From an uncultured Desulfosarcina sp. (GTDB taxonomy: Bacteria; Desulfobacterota; Desulfobacteria; Desulfobacterales; Desulfosarcinaceae), in the NCBI GenBank assembly GCA_963674945.2, contig CAXXWQ010000003.1, positions 1,440,001 to 1,504,000 of the forward strand: 64,000 nucleotides of DNA, given 5' to 3'. The number at the start of each line of letters is the position of its first letter. Position 1 is the first letter of the stretch. Of the stretch, positions 61,113 to 64,000 are shown piece by piece. Below the pieces are notes generated by a model, which saw only the letters and a program-made list of their open reading frames with translations, did not search any database and was not told the DNA's origin. The position numbers and the translations under genes were made by a program.

Positions 61113-62927
61113 CTACAACCCCCCAAACCCCTCATCCGGTAATTCTATGGCGGCCGGATCGCCGGCGGCAATGACCTCCAGTTTTCCCATGGTCACCGGT
61201 AGGATGGTGTTGATGAAAAAGGTCGCCGTCTTGACCTGGCCGATGTAAAAGGCCTTTTCTTTTTTTCGGGCACCCGCGATCTTGGGTGCTGCCACCACGG
61301 CCCGCCACAGATGCATCCACCCCATGATGACATCCCCCATGGCTTCCATGAATGGTACCGAGTGGGCGAAAGCCACTTTTGCCTTTTCGGATCGCGCACT
61401 GTGTCCGATTACCATGGTCACTTCGGCCAGACGGTTGAGACAGGCCTGAACCCGGTCTGCCAGGGAAACCAGATCGTCCATCTGGCGAGCCTGGATGGTA
61501 ATCTTTTTTATCCTTTCGAAAAAACGCTTGAAAGTGGCCCCTTTCTTATGGCCCAGCTTGCGGCCCAACAGGTCCATGGCCTGGATACCGTTTGTCCCCT
61601 CGTATATGGAGGTGATTTTGCAATCCCGCGTGATGGCCTCCACCGGATAATCCTTCGTATAACCGGCACCGCCGAATACCTGTATGGCCTGATAGCAGAC
61701 CTCATAACCGCGATCGGATCCGTAGGCTTTAACGACAGGCGTCAACAATTCCAGAAGGTCGGCTGCTTCATCGCGCTCTTCGGGTAAGGACGCATTGATG
61801 GAGAGATCGATCAAGTGCCATGAGTAGTAGACCAGGCTGCGCAATCCTTCCGTGTAAGCCTTCATCCAGAGAAGGTTGCGGCGGACATCCGGGTGCTGGA
61901 GGATCGGCACCGAGGCCGCTTTGTGATTGGCAAAATCCAGAAGATCCCGCCCCTGAATCCGTTGGCGTGCGTAATCCAGTGCACACAGGTAGTTGTGGGA
62001 TGCGTATGCAAGGGCCTGTGCGCCCGTTGCCAGCCTGGCGCCGTTCATCATGTTGAACATGATTTTCATTCCCTGTCGCTCTTCTCCCAGCAAGAATCCG
62101 GTGCACCGCCCCTTGCTGCCCAGCGCCATGCTGCAGGTGGCGCTGCCGTGGATGCCGTGCTTCTCTTCGATGCCCGTACAGAGAATGTCGTTTCGCTCTC
62201 CCAAAGAGCCGTCCGGATTGACCAGGATTTTGGGGACGATGAAGATGGAAATCCCCTTGGTCCCAACCGGATCGCCTTCGATACGCGCCAGTACAGGGTG
62301 AATGATGTTTTCTGCCAGGTCATGCTCACCGTTGGTGATGAAAATTTTATTTCCGGTGAGTGAATAGGTTCCGTCGGGATTCTTCACCGCTGTCGTGGTC
62401 AGGGCACCGAGATCCGTTCCCGCATCCGATTCGGTTAACAGCATGGTCCCGCCCCATTTGGCGGTGTACAGATTCTCCAGATAGGTGGTTTTCTGTGCTT
62501 CGGTGCCGTACAGTGCGATCATTCGTGCCGTTCCATTGCCCATGGAAAGAAAGGACGAAAGAGGCCAATTACCCGCCATCAGGTACTCCCGGATGGCAGC
62601 GGCGATGATCTGCGGAAGACCTTGTCCGCCGTATTCTTCCGGTGCGCTGGGAGCCGTCCACTGGTTCTCACGACCCAGTTCATACACCCGCTTGAAGCTC
62701 TCCGGCATGCGGACCTCGCCATTTGCGAACCTTGGTCCGATTTTGTCTCCGTCTGCGTAGGATGGAAGCATCTCCTTGATGGCAAAGTTACGGGCCTCGG
62801 TTACGATCAGGTTGAGTATTTTCTTGTTGAGATCCTTGTATGGTTCCAGCTTGCAAAGTTCTTCCACGGCAAACATTTCATACAAGTTGAAATCCACATC
62901 CCGCCGATCAGCTAACTGCTGGGCCAT
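61113..62927 (-). CDS. acyl-CoA dehydrogenase (long type)
   Basis: GTMLLTESDAGTD, GNKIFIT, IQVFGGAGY, IYEGTNGIQAMDLLGRK. Confidence 0.95.
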   Translation of the reverse strand: MAQQLADRRDVDFNLYEMFAVEELCKLEPYKDLNKKILNLIVTEARNFAIKEMLPSYADGDKIGPRFANGEVRMPESFKRVYELGRENQWTAPSAPEEYGGQGLPQIIAAAIREYLMAGNWPLSSFLSMGNGTARMIALYGTEAQKTTYLENLYTAKWGGTMLLTESDAGTDLGALTTTAVKNPDGTYSLTGNKIFITNGEHDLAENIIHPVLARIEGDPVGTKGISIFIVPKILVNPDGSLGERNDILCTGIEEKHGIHGSATCSMALGSKGRCTGFLLGEERQGMKIMFNMMNGARLATGAQALAYASHNYLCALDYARQRIQGRDLLDFANHKAASVPILQHPDVRRNLLWMKAYTEGLRSLVYYSWHLIDLSINASLPEERDEAADLLELLTPVVKAYGSDRGYEVCYQAIQVFGGAGYTKDYPVEAITRDCKITSIYEGTNGIQAMDLLGRKLGHKKGATFKRFFERIKKITIQARQMDDLVSLADRVQACLNRLAEVTMVIGHSARSEKAKVAFAHSVPFMEAMGDVIMGWMHLWRAVVAAPKIAGARKKEKAFYIGQVKTATFFINTILPVTMGKLEVIAAGDPAAIELPDEGFGGL

Positions 62928-62948
62928 CTCACCCTCCTTCTCGTTCCA

Positions 62949-64000
62949 TTATCGATTTGCTTTTCGGTAACCGAGCTGATCGGTTGCGATGATCGACTTG
63001 CAAATGTTGGCAGAGCCTTCCACCATAACGTAGGTGGGGATGTCCCGGTAGTACCGGGCCACGGGGTACTCGGTGGAGTACCCGTAAGCGCCCAGAATCC
63101 GCATGGTGTAGCCGGCACATTTCATGGCGACCTCACCGGCAAAGTACTTGGCCTGGGCCGCTTCAAGCCCATTATTCTCATTGCCGTTGTCTTTCTGCCA
63201 TGCCCCCTTGTAAACCATAAGTCGGGCTGCCTCCACCTCGGTGGCCATCTGGGCGATGAGATCCTGGTTCATCTGGAACTTGCCGATGGGCCGACCGAAC
63301 TGATGCCTGTCGTTGCAATATCGTGTGGCGATGTCCAGGCATGCCTGGGAACATCCCACGGCACCGGCTGCAGCGGAAATCCGCGTGTTGTTCAATGAGG
63401 CAAAGACGATATTCGCGCCATCTCCCACGTGGCCGAGCAGGTTTTCTTTCGGTACCCGGGTATTGTCGAAAAAGATCTCGCCGGTGGGTGAGGAGTGAGA
63501 GCCAAGCTTGTCCAGGTCGGTTGTCTTGATGCCGTTGAAATTCTTCAACTCGATGACAAATGCCGAGAGCCCCCTGCTTCGCTTTTCTCGATCCGTGTAG
63601 CAATAGAGAACGATTACATCGGCCTGGTGGGCATTGGAGATCCAGGTCTTGGAACCGTTGATCACGAAATGATCGCCTTTTTCTTCTGCGATGGTCTCCA
63701 TGGAGAAAATATCAGATCCGGCGTTGGGTTCGGTAATGGCAAATCCTCCGAGATATTCACCGGAACAGATTTTTGGGACATACTTCTTTTTTGCCTCTTC
63801 GGTGCCGTACTTGTAAATGGGATAGGCGCATCCGATACCGCTGAGGTTGAGTTGCACACGGAGCGAACTGGATGCGCGCGCCACCTCTTCGGTAATGATC
63901 ACCGACGCCAGCCAGCCCATTTCTTCACCGCCGTAAGCTTCCGGAATCACTGCACCCAAAAACCCCAACGCTCCCATGGGGCGAAGGACCTCCTTTACCG
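62949..64000 (-). CDS. acd: glutaryl-CoA dehydrogenase, non-decarboxylating type; N-terminus lies beyond the window
   Basis: SSLRVQLN, GSHSSPTGE, AYGYSTEYPVAR, MVEGSANICK..DQLG.RKANR resemble the Desulfococcus multivorans enzyme as recalled; frame open to the window edge (VKEVLRPMG). Confidence 0.85.
   Translation of the reverse strand, partial: VKEVLRPMGALGFLGAVIPEAYGGEEMGWLASVIITEEVARASSSLRVQLNLSGIGCAYPIYKYGTEEAKKKYVPKICSGEYLGGFAITEPNAGSDIFSMETIAEEKGDHFVINGSKTWISNAHQADVIVLYCYTDREKRSRGLSAFVIELKNFNGIKTTDLDKLGSHSSPTGEIFFDNTRVPKENLLGHVGDGANIVFASLNNTRISAAAGAVGCSQACLDIATRYCNDRHQFGRPIGKFQMNQDLIAQMATEVEAARLMVYKGAWQKDNGNENNGLEAAQAKYFAGEVAMKCAGYTMRILGAYGYSTEYPVARYYRDIPTYVMVEGSANICKSIIATDQLGYRKANR

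Noticed and set aside
1..64000. CRISPR arrays, tRNA/rRNA genes, transposases, integrases
   Set aside because: No regularly spaced repeats or diagnostic motifs seen by eye; small RNAs could have been missed

Overview
GC-rich bacterial window whose gene set points to an anaerobic Desulfobacterales-type (Desulfosarcina-like) deltaproteobacterium; this assignment is inference. 1-15 kb is mixed: MCP, beta-helix lipoprotein, sulfatase plus HAD phosphatase, three decayed gene remnants, Usp, Lrp-azlCD, TsaA-like protein and an octaheme HAO-family/NapC cytochrome pair. 15-39 kb is a fatty-acyl catabolic island: a sigma54-headed beta-oxidation operon containing an unusual non-acylating ALDH/Fe-ADH fusion, and a divergent ETF-SDR / phosphatase-ACAD-TetR-kinase cluster resembling the lva/ACAD10-11 4-hydroxyacyl-CoA route. 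39-47.5 kb holds vapBC, a sigma54 activator with visible enhancer sites, and a run of unrelated genes with degenerate attC-like sites. 48-57.7 kb is a DUF1302-DUF1329-BNR-RND-FadL uptake cassette bracketed by a non-coding ~315-bp inverted repeat. Each repeat copy carries an inward-facing sigma70-like promoter and a possibly structured RNA; this is the most striking unexplained feature. The window ends with a tandem double-Lrp regulator, a second etfBA, an ACAD and a truncated non-decarboxylating glutaryl-CoA dehydrogenase. No rRNA, tRNA, CRISPR array, integrase or intact transposase was recognised. All calls are by eye from motifs; no database searches were run.
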